Source of the DNA: Ascoidea asiatica JCM 7603
Taxonomy: Eukaryota > Fungi > Ascomycota
NCBI GenBank assembly: GCA_001600695.1
Contig: BCKQ01000003.1
Coordinates: 291,849-355,848, forward strand
Length of the DNA stretch: 64,000 nt
Direction: 5' to 3'
The position numbers and the translations under genes are program-made. Numbering within the stretch: the stretch's first letter is position 1; each line of letters starts with the position of its first letter. The notes below the pieces were generated by a model that was given only the letters and a program-made list of their open reading frames with translations, was not told the DNA's origin and did no database searches. Positions 1 through 11,786 of this stretch are shown piece by piece.

Positions 1-98
1 ATATTTATATTTATATTTATATTTATATTTATATTTATATTTATATTTATATTTATATTTATATTTATATTTATATTTATATTTATATTTATATTTAT
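1..98. repeat. (ATATTT)n hexanucleotide microsatellite, runs off the window edge
   Basis: About 16 tandem ATATTT units read directly. Confidence 0.95.
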
Positions 99-231
99 AT
101 ATAGATCACTTTATTTGAATCGCATTTTTCAAGAATATATCTTTTATATTTACAAAATTAATTAATTGAAAAAAAATTAATTATTCATAATATACACTAT
201 TTCTTTTCTTTTTTTTAATACAGTAATTTTA

Positions 232-1067
232 TTATCGTACAATTGAATTATTTATAGTATCAGTAAAAGACTTATCTAATTCATTTTCATCATTTAATAA
301 AGTTAAATAATATTCTTTTGAATTATTTAAAAAAATAAATTGATTAATTGAATTAATTTTTAAATTTTTTGAAATTGATAACCATTTTTCAGAATTAATT
401 TTTAATTTTGATGGAAGTTTATTTAAATTTTCTCTAATAAATGGTTTGAAAAATAATTCATTACCAATTTTTGAAGAAATTGGAGGATTGATTAATTCAA
501 CATTTAATTTATCATTTAAAAGATTTTCTGTTGCTAATAACATTGCTTCAGATTTTATACCTCTCATTTTTGAAGATTTTAAATTTTTTAAAATTATTAT
601 TTTCTTATTTTCAATTTTATTAATTGGAATATAATCAACTAACCCACTACATATTGTTATATAATCTTTGTCTTCTACTGTATCTGATTGGCTTTTTTCA
701 TTTTCATTTTCATTTTCAATTGATGAATCTAAATCTGTTTCTTTGATTTGAACATTTAAAACATATAATTTATCAGCATTTGGATGTTTTTCACATTTGA
801 CAACTTTACCAACAATAAGTTGTAATAAACTTGGAGGATCTAAATAACTTTTTGTTAGATGTTCAATTGATTTCAATTGAATTCAATCCTAAAATCATTA
901 ATCGATTAAAATTTTTAAAACATACATTTTAATAAAGGTACTTCTGAAGAATTGGAGTTGAGCCTTATTTGAGAACTTATTGAATTATTAATTCTTTTTG
1001 TACCATTTCTCAATAAAAAGACCTGATAAGAAAAAGCAGAAGAATACAAAGATCTTAATTGAAACAT
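232..1067 (-). CDS. Stand-alone tRNA-binding OB-fold protein (Arc1/EMAP-II/Trbp111-like) with putative mitochondrial presequence; join(926..1067,232..839)
   Basis: ATG at 1067 gives MFQLRSLYSSAFSYQVFLLRNGTKRINNSISSQIRLNSNSSEVPLLK. Intron 925-840 has GTATGT, ATCTAAC branch and TTTAG, and restores frame to YPPSLLQLIVGKVVKCEKHPNADKLYV...ICSGLV...NLKSSKMRGIKSEAMLL (tRNA_bind motifs). The track start at 876 is a TTG inside the intron. Confidence 0.85.
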
Positions 1068-2070
1068 TTTACAAGATATTTATATATATTCATAAAATGA
1101 TATTCCTTTTGATTATTTGATTTAATTGAAGTAACATTATTTATTAATTTATTTATTTATTTATTTATTGAAATTGGCAAATATTAAAAAATTGTGGTTG
1201 AGACCATTATCAAGGGTGTTCTTTTTTTATAAATTTAGATTCATTCAAGTGGTAATTACCATTTAAATGGGTCATGCATAATAATGTACTTAACTGTTTT
1301 GTTGCGTGTAAGCCACCGCTGCCTGCGTCTACCAACAAGAAGTAGCAAACAGCACGTGGTTTCAGGCAATATCCCCACAGGATTGCCGATTTGCAGTGCT
1401 AATGAAGATTCTGAAGATTTTGAAGATTCTGTCACTTTTTCGAGTTTGATCCACTCAAAATAATAAACAACAATCAATACTCAATATAATCACAATAATT
1501 ATAATCAAAAAAGTACAAGTAAAATTTTAGATATTTCAAATCTACTTAAAACAAACAATTATCAATAACAGTATAATCGTCAATATTCAATATTCAATAT
1601 TCAAAAGAATCAGTTTTATTCAATGTCCAATTCCTTTTTGTTCAATTTAATTTTCTTCAAAGATTTCTTTCAGATTTCTTCGTTTCTTCCTGTCAAACTA
1701 ACTTTACTTTAGAATTTGTTAAAAATTAAAACCAAATAAGCATTTAATAAAACCATTTCGAACCTTTTAATAAATATCTGTTTATTTTCATCTTATTTCT
1801 TTTTTTGGTAACGATAGTAATGTTTGAACAAATTTCAATACTAAACCGATTAAATTGATTTAACTTACTAAACTTATATCAACTAGATTAACCAAATAAC
1901 AACTTTAAATCAATTAGATTTTATATTTGGTTTTGAAATTTTCTTATTCTAATTAATAGAATATTTTCAATTTAAACAATTTTTACCTTTAGTTTTGATT
2001 TTCAAGTTTATTAAAACTTAAGCTTATCCAAAGATAAAATAAATTTCAGCCAAAGACAATCAATCCCAAA

Positions 2071-2079
2071 AAACTGTGG
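2071..2079 (+). promoter_or_regulatory. Met31/Met32 binding site AAACTGTGG upstream of the MET32-like gene
   Basis: Exact AAACTGTGG about 340 bp before the ATG; a CACGTG (Cbf1) site also occurs at 1353-1358. Confidence 0.6.
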
Positions 2080-2415
2080 TTTACTCATAACAAAATATAT
2101 ACAATACATAAACTAATATAATATAATAATATTATTATACTATTTATTTTCCAATAATTCATTTCATTTCGTTCAATTCAATTCATCAACCAAATTTACT
2201 GTATTCAATTAATATATTCACTAATCTATTCAATAATTAAAGTATTTAACTAATCACTTATTCTCAATTTCTAGTCATATTAAACTTTTTTAAATACTAC
2301 TTATACTTTATATATATAAATATTAGATATATAGATATATTTAGTATAATATCATCATAACTTTATCAATCTTATTATAATATATTCAAACTGATTTACC
2401 TTTTTTGTTTCTAAA

Positions 2416-4140
2416 ATGAGTTATAATCCAAATAACAATGATAATAATTTTTTCAATAATAATAATAATAACAATAACAAATACAATGGGAATACTAATA
2501 ATAAAATTCCAAATAATCTAGATTCCAAAGAGATAACAAGAATATTAAATGATTTATTGAAAAATTCAACTACTTCAAATATCAATAATCAAAGTAATTA
2601 TAATATAAACCCAAATATGAATACAAAAATTAATAATAATAGTAATTATAATTCTTCAAATAATCCAGAAGATTTAAGATTTTTCAAAGATGCTGCAGAA
2701 GCTTTGATTTATAGCTCTTTAAATACAAATACGAACTCAATTCCAAATACAAATATAAATACAAATATAAATACAAATATAAATTCAAATTATAATAAAC
2801 CATATATTGATCCTTCAATTAATGAATTAATGCAAAGATTACAATATTCTTCAACTCCTCATGGTTTCCCATTTACCAATAATGTTACTAGTACTAATTC
2901 TACTACCAGCGCTAATAATAATAATAACATGAATAATAATAAAAACTATATCAGTGAGTTTCCAGATTTGAATAAAAATTTATTTGCCTATCAATTCAAA
3001 AATAATCAAAATAATCAAAATAATCAAAATAATCAAAATAATCAGCTTAATCAGCTTAATCAATATAGTCAGATTAATCAAGTTAATCCAAATGTAAATA
3101 ATAGTAATATTAATAATTTAAATAACATATATTCAACAAGTCCAATAATAAATTCATCTTCATTATCATCATCATCATCATCTCAATCATGGATTTCAAA
3201 TAGTTCATTTCCAAATAGTAATTTAAATAATTCAAATAATTTAAATAAAAATGATTTAATTAAAACTAAAACAAAATTAATTGATAATTTATTAAACAAT
3301 CCACAAATAAATAAACTTGCAATTGATATTTTAAATGGTAAAATTAATTTAAATGAACCAGTAATAAATTCATTGTTAAATCAAAATCAAAATCAAATTG
3401 CATTAAAAGCTCAAAAACAATCAATAATCTCAAATCATATTCATGATAAAAATCAATTAGAAGTTATAGAAGCTTTAAATAGTCTTAAAAATCCATTAAA
3501 TTCAAATCAATTCAATTCAAATTTTTTAAAGCCTCAATCCATATCATCATCATCATCATCATATACTCCAAAACAATCATTAATATTATCATCACCAATG
3601 TCATCATTGATATCACCTAATGTTCCAATATCTGTTTCATCTCCTCAAAATCCTTTATTAAATATTTCTCATCACAATACAACTAATATTAGCAATAATA
3701 AAAATAAAAAGGAAAAAGAAAAAGAAAATAAGAAAGAAATCAAGAAGGATATTAAAATTCAAAATGAGTTCAAAAATGAAATCAAAAATAAAACCAAAAG
3801 TAAAATCAAAATAAAAAATAAAGACAAAACCAAAGAGAAAACCAAAGAGAAAAGTAAAACTCATAATCAAATTATCCCATATGAAAGTAAGATTAATATA
3901 AATGATTTGAAAACATTCATTTGTGAAAATTGTTCTCAATCTTTTAAAAGAAATTCAGATTTAAAAAGACATTCAAAAAATCATATGAAGGTTTTACCTC
4001 ATATTTGTGATAATTGTGGAAAGAGTTTTGCAAGAAAGGATGCTTTAAAAAGACATCAAAACACTTTAACTTGTAATCGAAACAAAGATAATGGAACCTA
4101 TTTAGATAATTTATCATTATTGAAACAGTCAGAAGAATAA
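2416..4140 (+). CDS. MET32: Met31/Met32-type C2H2 zinc-finger transcription factor (sulfur regulon)
   Basis: C-terminal fingers CENCSQSFKRNSDLKRH...HMKVLPHICDNCGKSFARKDALKRHQNTLTCNRN match the Met31/32 signature; N-terminal RFFKDAAEAL motif; long N/Q-rich linker. Confidence 0.85.
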   Translation: MSYNPNNNDNNFFNNNNNNNNKYNGNTNNKIPNNLDSKEITRILNDLLKNSTTSNINNQSNYNINPNMNTKINNNSNYNSSNNPEDLRFFKDAAEALIYSSLNTNTNSIPNTNINTNINTNINSNYNKPYIDPSINELMQRLQYSSTPHGFPFTNNVTSTNSTTSANNNNNMNNNKNYISEFPDLNKNLFAYQFKNNQNNQNNQNNQNNQLNQLNQYSQINQVNPNVNNSNINNLNNIYSTSPIINSSSLSSSSSSQSWISNSSFPNSNLNNSNNLNKNDLIKTKTKLIDNLLNNPQINKLAIDILNGKINLNEPVINSLLNQNQNQIALKAQKQSIISNHIHDKNQLEVIEALNSLKNPLNSNQFNSNFLKPQSISSSSSSYTPKQSLILSSPMSSLISPNVPISVSSPQNPLLNISHHNTTNISNNKNKKEKEKENKKEIKKDIKIQNEFKNEIKNKTKSKIKIKNKDKTKEKTKEKSKTHNQIIPYESKININDLKTFICENCSQSFKRNSDLKRHSKNHMKVLPHICDNCGKSFARKDALKRHQNTLTCNRNKDNGTYLDNLSLLKQSEE

Positions 4141-4230
4141 TATTCAATTCCATATTCCATATTTCATATTTCATTTCATATTTTATTTAGTTGTATGTAG
4201 ATTAAAAAGCGAAAAATAAAAGAGAAGTAA

Positions 4231-4350
4231 ATCGTTTCCGGGAGATCCGCGTCTGTCCGATGTGTTCCGAGTCAGGATATTGTTTTGAGTTTCAAACTTT
4301 GTTCCGTGGTATTTTCCGTTTAATGGCACGTGGCTCTGTAAATCCGTTGT
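4231..4350. promoter_or_regulatory. GC island with seven co-oriented TCCG (CGGA) half-sites and a CACGTG
   Basis: TCCG at 4237, 4246, 4256, 4266, 4303, 4315 and 4343; CACGTG at 4327. Confidence 0.5.
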
Positions 4351-6197
4351 TTCTCGTTCTGAAATTCGATTTTGAAGTGAAATCGCAAATTTCTCCAAGT
4401 TTCCATGCTCTTAAAAAGATTCAAATAAAACCAATTCAAGTTCAGAAATAAATAAACAAATAAACGAAATCACAAATTGACTTTTGTTCTGTTGAATATC
4501 AACTACACATTGTAAATAGAGATTATCGTTTCTTAAAGTCATAGAAGCCATGGAATTCTCATTAAGTCAAGTGTCACCTTGAAAAGAAAATGAAATGAAC
4601 AACAAACAAAGTCTCTTTTTTTTGCTACTGGATTGATCGAATACAAAACAAATATTTGGGTAAACGATAATAACGAGTGACTTTTTTTTTTTGCTTTATT
4701 TTTGGTTCGTTCAGTCTTTTTCCAGAGTAAATTCAAAAGATTCTATTCTTTTCTGTTTGGAATTTTACGAATTAGCCAAATTGAATTTCATAAAAAAGTT
4801 TTAAATTTGAAACTTGTTGAAGCATTTCCAACTTAACAAAAGACGTTATAAAATATCTAAGTTGAGAAGCCTTCTATTTCTCATTACCATTTCTGATAAC
4901 TTTTGATAGTAAAAAAACGATAAAGATAATAATGATAATAATGATGAAATACATTTCCATTTCTACTTCTATTACCTTTGATATCAATACTGATAGTAGT
5001 TGAATTTACTTTTTTACTCCTTAACTTCGTCATAGAAGTCTTAGCTTTGCTGTGTCATTTAACGGTTTCAACGCTTTTTTATTTATTTCTAATTTTTTTA
5101 TCTTCTTTATCTTCTTCTTACGTAATAAAATATTTATAATTCCCAATAATTTGAGAAAATTTATCTAATTTGTATATAATTTGTATATAATTTGTATATA
5201 ATTTATATAATTTGTATAATTTGCATAACTTGCATATAAACAAACATGAAAACAACCATAAAATAAATAAATAACATATTAAGTTATAAAAATTTATAGA
5301 AACCTAATGACTCTGTTGGTTGTGAATGAACTTTAATACTGGTTGAAGAATGAAGATTTGAAGATTCATACTTCTCCTTACTTTCATATTTATTTATTTA
5401 TTTAATTATTTATCTCATATTTTGAATATTTTTTGCTTCTTTCTTTCTTACTTTCATTCTTTCTTTCTTAAATTGTTTTCTTTTCTTAATTATTTTTCAC
5501 CTTATTTTTTTTTATCTCTTTTATTCCCTAAAAGAATGAACTCATCTGAAAGAGAATTAATGAGTATCAATATATGATAAACAATCAAATAATCAATTAA
5601 TCAAATAATAACTTAACTTCATAATTTACATTTTCATTTTCATTTTCATTTACTTATAAATTCAATTTTATTCAACAAAATTAAATATAATTTAAAATTT
5701 CAAAAAAACTATTTAAAATTATTGGTAAACCGTTGAGATCAAACATATATCATCATCACTCAATCAACAATTATTACTAATTAAATAATATTTATTTTAA
5801 CTGGTAATCTCAACGTTTTTTTTTTTTCTTTTCCCAAAACAATACAATAAAACAGCAAACAAAGAAAGAAATAAAGAAAGAAAAGAAAAGAAAAGAAATT
5901 CAATAATATACTAAAAGAATTACAAATTCAAGTATCAAAATCAATTAAATTTCAAATAATTTTTCCAAATTTTTGTTAATATTACGTATAAATTCATCAC
6001 CATTTCATTATAAATTAATATATCCTTAAAATAATAAGTATATTATACTGTATATATATAATATAATATTTTCTCGTTTAAGATATAACTACAAAGACAT
6101 ACTTATTATTATTATTATAAATACAATCAAATTTTATCAAATCTTATCAAATAATCAAATATAATTAAATAAAAAGTTGAAATAATATAATATAATA

Positions 6198-6359
6198 ATG
6201 CCTAGTTGGATATGTCATCAATGTGGTTCAAAAAACGTAGTGAAAACAAATATATGTTTAAATTGTAGACATTATAGACAATTTAGTCGTTATAGAAATG
6301 GAGAATTAATATTTAAAGTAGTTTGTTATGAATGTGAAGATACAATATCTAAATCATAA
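6198..6359 (+). CDS. 53-aa Cys-rich zinc-ribbon micro-protein (RanBP2-type finger plus an extra CxxC); not in the ORF track
   Basis: MPSWICHQCGSKNVVKTNICLNCRHYRQFSRYRNGELIFKVVCYECEDTISKS*. Exact W-x-C-x2-C-x3-N-x6-C-x2-C pattern; A at -3, A-rich leader, A/T-ending codons, T-rich 3' flank. Confidence 0.75.
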   Translation: MPSWICHQCGSKNVVKTNICLNCRHYRQFSRYRNGELIFKVVCYECEDTISKS

Positions 6360-6376
6360 ATTAATAATACAAATTT

Positions 6377-6446
6377 TTCAATCTTCAATCTTCAATCTTC
6401 AATTATCAATTATCAATTATCAATTATCAATTATCAATTATCAATT
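6377..6446. repeat. Heptamer tandem repeats (TTCAATC)3 then (TCAATTA)~6-7
   Basis: Read directly, immediately 3' of the 53-aa ORF. Confidence 0.85.
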
Positions 6447-7249
6447 TTAAATCAATAATTAATCAATTTAAATATTTCACATTTTATATTATCTTTTCAT
6501 AATTATTCATAATTCTTATTTCATATTTCTTAAATCATAAATCATAAATCATAAATCATAATTCATTATTCATTTTTCTTAAATCACTTAAAAACAAAAA
6601 ACAAAAAAATAACAAAAAAAAAAAATCATTAAAATTTCATTTTTAAAATTGTATATCTTATAACTTATCTTTTAAAAAAAAAAAATTATTATATTCTCAT
6701 TTAATTAATTGTGTGCTTTATTTATTATTCATTATTTATATTTTGTCGTTTATTCTTTACAGTTTATTGCTTTCATTTAAATTCATCTTATTTTTAGTAT
6801 ATTTTTTTTAGTGTGTTTTTTTTTTGTTTTTTTTCTCAAATCTAATAATGGTGGAAACTTTTTTATATCACTTTTTTACTTGTTGTCCTTTATATTCATC
6901 ATAATCTTTTTAATAGTCTTTTTTTTATTACTTAATGTAATGTGAATATAATAATAATAATAAATGTATTTTGAATTAACTGATTAATTGAATAATATTA
7001 GAGTTGTAGTGTATAAGATATTACTCATAGTATCTAAATTGTTGGATTAAGAAGAAAAAGAAGAAGAAGAAGAAGATAATCAGATTTAGAGATAGGTAAG
7101 TTTATGAGAATATAAGAAAGGCATTTTGAAGAATTAATGTTTAATTGTGCATTAAATTAACATTGTAGGAGATTTTCGTTAGTAATGAAATAAATTAATT
7201 ATCTTTTACAATAAGTAATTTTTAAGGTAAAAAGTATCTATGCATTTTT

Positions 7250-7903
7250 TGAGTCATAAAATTGATGATCTTTATAATTTTGACTTCTTTCAAAAGAAAA
7301 AAGAAAACATTATTAAAAGAATAAAAAAAAAGGTATGGAAGCTGGATACCTTTTTTTTTTATTATTATCATTTTGTTATTATTATTATATTTTTATCACT
7401 ATTTTACTATTTTATTATTTTATTATTTAAATAAAAGCACTGCATTTTCAGCTTTTCAACTTTTGTAACGGTGACAGTCAAAGTTAAGTTGAGTCAACTC
7501 ACAGAACACGTCTTAGAAACTCCTAGGAAATTCCAGGACACCGGAAGTGGGTCGCACGACCTGAATTTGACGCTTGACACAAAGTATGGTCAGGTTTAGG
7601 ACAGAAGCGCAGGTGCGGAAAGCAAAATCCGAAAACCGGAAAAAAATAACCGTGGTAAATTTAAACACCTTTTAAAATGGAATATTTTATAAACACGTCA
7701 GGTGATCAGTTAAAAAAACTGTAACGAGACCAGTTCTGCGGGTCTTGTGACTGATTTCCTCAAAACCCGCCCAGCCAACGCCACCCACGCCACTGGTTTC
7801 CTTCTTTGCTTGTTCTGTTCACGTGTTTCTGTGCTCAGTCATCGCGCACGGCCCGACCACTTTTTTTTCTTGCAGCTTTCCGTGTCTGGCTTCGATTGAC
7901 TCA
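7250..7903. promoter_or_regulatory. GC-rich promoter with three TGA(C/G)TCA Gcn4/AP-1 sites
   Basis: TGAGTCA at 7250 and 7490, TGACTCA at 7897; CACGTG at 7820. Confidence 0.6.
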
Positions 7904-8261
7904 TACTTTTCATTTCATTGCATGCATTTTATTGTAGCAGTGATGCAAACAGAGATAGCTCCAGTTTCTTCTTCTTCCATAATCAAAGTTGGTGAGTGAT
8001 GAGTGAAAAGTGAAAATGACTGAATCTGACTCCAGTTTTAGTCAAATAAATCATTAATCAAAACAAGCAAGTCATCATATTCACATTATTTATTAAACAA
8101 CTATCTTAATATTCATATAAATATTTATATAAATATTCTAGATTTGTCTTAAATTGATATATCTGTTTGCTGATTCAATTTAGTTATTCGATTTTTTAAT
8201 CAAAAACCAAATTAATATTACCTACTTTTACTACTTTATAATATAATAATCAATAATTAAA

Positions 8262-8273
8262 ATGTCAATTTAA
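8262..8273 (+). promoter_or_regulatory. Putative uORF (Met-Ser-Ile-stop) in the cyclin leader
   Basis: AAAATGTCAATTTAA in strong context about 200 nt before the main ATG. Confidence 0.45.
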
Positions 8274-8463
8274 ATTTCTAAAAAAATTAGGCAGGAATTA
8301 TTTTATTTTATCACATATTATCAATATTAACAAAATATTTTGATAATATAATATAATAAAATATCAATTGGCAATCAATCAAAAAAAACAACAACAATTC
8401 AATCAATCAATCAATAAATAAATTAATAAAATATATAATATAACATAGGAAATTATCTAAAAA

Positions 8464-9405
8464 ATGTCTTATAAATCCAATAATAATATCAATAATGAAA
8501 AGGTCTCTCAAATCTATAATGATTTACCACCTTTAATTCCACCTTCAGATTCAGATTTAGAATCAGAATCTGATTCTGATAATGATACTGATACTGATAA
8601 TGATAATGATTTGGATTTAGATTATGATTCAGATAATGATTATAACTCAAATTATAATCATGTAGACAATTATAATCATAATTATAACTATAATCATTCT
8701 TCAATTCCTAATTCTTATTCATATTCAAATTCAAATTCATATTCATATTCATATTCATATTCTAAGAATTATGGTTTAAAAAATCCATTTAGTGAAAATG
8801 ATTCTGAAATTTTAAAATATAAACAAATTCAAAATAAAAATTTAATCAATAATGTTATTATTAAAATTATAGTTAATAATTTAATTAATCAATATATTCA
8901 ATCAAATAATAATGAAGAATCCAAAATTAAAAATGATTTAAATTATATTACTATAAATTTAAAATCTTTTATTACTAATCTTTTAAAAAGATCAAAATTA
9001 TCTTTAAAAGAATTAATAATTTCTTCAATAATCTTAAAAGATTTTTTAATTTTAAATATTAATTCCAATTATACTTCTTCTTATTCAACAATTAATATTG
9101 AACAAAATTTAATTCTTTTTAAAAAAATTATTATTTCTTCATTAATAATCTCAAATAGATTAAAAAATAATTATAATTATTATCATAATAATACTAATAA
9201 CAATAACATTAACAGCAATGTAATTAATTATAAAATTTGGTCAAATATTACTGGTTTATCTTCTTTAGAAATTTCAACTTTAGATTTAATTAATAATAAA
9301 TTTAATATTAAAATTAATCCAAATAAAAATTTATCTTTTGAATTTAATAAATTAAAATTTAAATTAAATAATTTAGTTAAACAATTTATTATCACTGTTT
9401 CTTAA
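8464..9405 (+). CDS. Pho85-type (Pcl/Pho80 family) cyclin-like protein, PCL5/CLG1-like, divergent
   Basis: FITNLLKRSKLS...IIISSLIISNR...KIWSNITGLSSLEISTLD resembles the Pcl cyclin box; acidic PEST-like N-terminus. Confidence 0.65.
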   Translation: MSYKSNNNINNEKVSQIYNDLPPLIPPSDSDLESESDSDNDTDTDNDNDLDLDYDSDNDYNSNYNHVDNYNHNYNYNHSSIPNSYSYSNSNSYSYSYSYSKNYGLKNPFSENDSEILKYKQIQNKNLINNVIIKIIVNNLINQYIQSNNNEESKIKNDLNYITINLKSFITNLLKRSKLSLKELIISSIILKDFLILNINSNYTSSYSTINIEQNLILFKKIIISSLIISNRLKNNYNYYHNNTNNNNINSNVINYKIWSNITGLSSLEISTLDLINNKFNIKINPNKNLSFEFNKLKFKLNNLVKQFIITVS

Positions 9406-9923
9406 TTTATATAACCTTACATTAAATATATAACTCTTCAATTCTTAAATTTCTTCAATTCTTTCAATTCTTTTCTTTTTCTTTTCTTATTCACTTATTC
9501 ATTCATTAATTCATTCATTTATGTACTACATATTTCTCTATAGTTTTTGTTTTTGGTATTCTTCTGGACTTTTATATAATATCTTTTCAAATAAATATCT
9601 CTTTTTTTTATTTTAAATATTGTAATTATTCTAACAAATATTAAATTTCATTAAATCTAATGATAAAGTCACGTGTAAAATTATTTGCTAGTTCCTGTAT
9701 TTACACCATTTATAAAATCCCGTGTAAATCGTGTCACCAATGAAATAGTCTTAAATTAATCTTATCCAATACTTAATATCTCTAAGTGTAATAAACAGTT
9801 GAGTATATACAAATTGAATAATAATAATAGTAATCTGTTTATTTATCAATATAGATAACATAATTGTTATAAAGTTATTTAAAAAAGTTATAAATTTCAA
9901 TTATTTAACAATTATTCTTAAAT

Positions 9924-10346
9924 ATGGTATGTTTTATTTATATTGATATTCAAATATATATATATATATATTCTTTAATTTTAAAATTAATTCAAACTAA
10001 CAATTCAATTTATCTCTTTTATTTAGTCTGGTGGTCAATTTCCTTACCCAAAAGTATGTTACTACTCATTCATTTATTAATTAATCTATTTATTTTATAA
10101 ATTTGAAAGATTATTTTCTAACTAAATCAAATCAATTTTTAATAGCATGTATGGACACCTTCAGGTGGTTGGTGGTTTACACCAAAAAACTATAAAATGA
10201 ATTCATTAATTATTGGTTCAGCTTCAATAATGTTATTATATAGTGCTGCAACTTATTCAAATAATCATGAATTTGATCCAGCTTTAGAATATACTGAAGA
10301 TGATATAAAATCTTGGTCAAAAGCTGCTGCTAAAGGTCTTAAATAA
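9924..10346 (+). CDS. Complex I accessory subunit NUUM-like, 76 aa; join(9924..9926,10027..10053,10146..10346)
   Basis: Two GTATGT..CTAAC..TAG introns give MSGGQFPYPKHVWTPSGGWWFTPKNYKMNSLIIG..., with the YPKHVWxPxGGW motif and one TM helix. Confidence 0.85.
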
Positions 10347-11304
10347 TTTAAAATTAAAAAAAAAATTTAAAAATTCAGTTTTATTTTATATTCACTAATA
10401 AATAAAAAAAAAATTTATGAATATCAAATTTATACATTATATTCATTAAAAAAAAATTGAAAGTATCTTATAATCTAACATTTCATATCTTGATTAACTT
10501 TCTTTTTTAAAAAAATCAAAATCATCGAATTTAATAAAATATAAGCTTTACCGTAATAAAAATTTTATGTTTCCTTTCATATTATTTAAAAGTTTTTGAC
10601 TATAATTAAATCAAAGAGATTAGAATAGCTTATTCGAAATAAGAGATCCATCAGAATAGAAGTAATATAAATTTTCTCAATTAACGTCTTTTTGAAATAT
10701 TAAAATAATAAAAAAAACTAATAAATTTATAATGGATAAATATTGAAGGTTTCAATGTACCCTTTGACCTAATTTTTATTGTCATCAAACTTTTCTATTT
10801 TGGATAATTATCCAATAGAAGAATATATTGTTTCCAAGTCTAGTTGAGAATTTAAAAACAGTTAAAAACTTGCCTTTTGATTTAAAGCATTACTTAAAAT
10901 CACCACTTTTCAAATAAAAAAAATTAGCACATACATTGAGAAATGAAATATCTTTTTGGTGTATCCTATATTAATCAGAATTTCAAAAAAAGTTAGTGAA
11001 GTCTAAAAATCTCTGTTAACTTTTCTTGGAAAAAGTAGCTTTACAAACAATTAGAAAACGACTTGAAATGGATTATTCTTTTCTTTAATAACTCACAATG
11101 TTTTCGCATCTGACTATCAAAATATTTCCTTAACTGCTTTTCCAAGCCTGAAAAGTTTATCATCAGCATCATATCCTTTTTTCAAATGCAATATATGAGG
11201 AACTTTGACTTGGCCCATGATTTGATACTGCAATAAAGCTTCAAGCTTTTGTGACCACTTTTAATTGATTCTAGAAAATAAGGTTTAGGTTCATCGGTGA
11301 CTGC

Positions 11305-11344
11305 CGAAATTTCTAGAATTTTCCGGAATATTCTCGACTTTTCC
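11305..11344. promoter_or_regulatory. Heat-shock element: array of alternating nGAAn/nTTCn pentamers
   Basis: cGAAa tTTCt aGAAt tTTCc gGAAt aTTCt cGACt tTTCc upstream of a small HSP gene. Confidence 0.85.
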
Positions 11345-11786
11345 ACGGTTCTCACAAAATAAGGATATTTGCTTCTTTGTCTGAAGTTCTTTGTTTTATT
11401 TGATTTAAACTAAAATGAAAATATTCTCATTGGAAATCAATGAGTTTAATTGCAAAGAAAAATAGAATATACTAGAAAATCTTAGAACCAATTCGAATAG
11501 ATCAGTAGGATTTATTAGCCAATTTAATCAAAACTGTATTAAATCGAAAATTAATTGAAATACTTTTCTATTGTCTTTCATATATTTATCTATTCATTGG
11601 AAATAATATAAATATTGAAGATGTTTTCCAAGATTTCATTTTTTTTTTTATATTTTTGATTTCTCCATCAATTAATTAATTTAAAATCTATTAATCATAT
11701 TATCAATTAAATTATCAAACATATTATTATTACAACTAATTCATATTTAACTTTTATTTATAAAACTTTTAAATCAAAAATTAACA

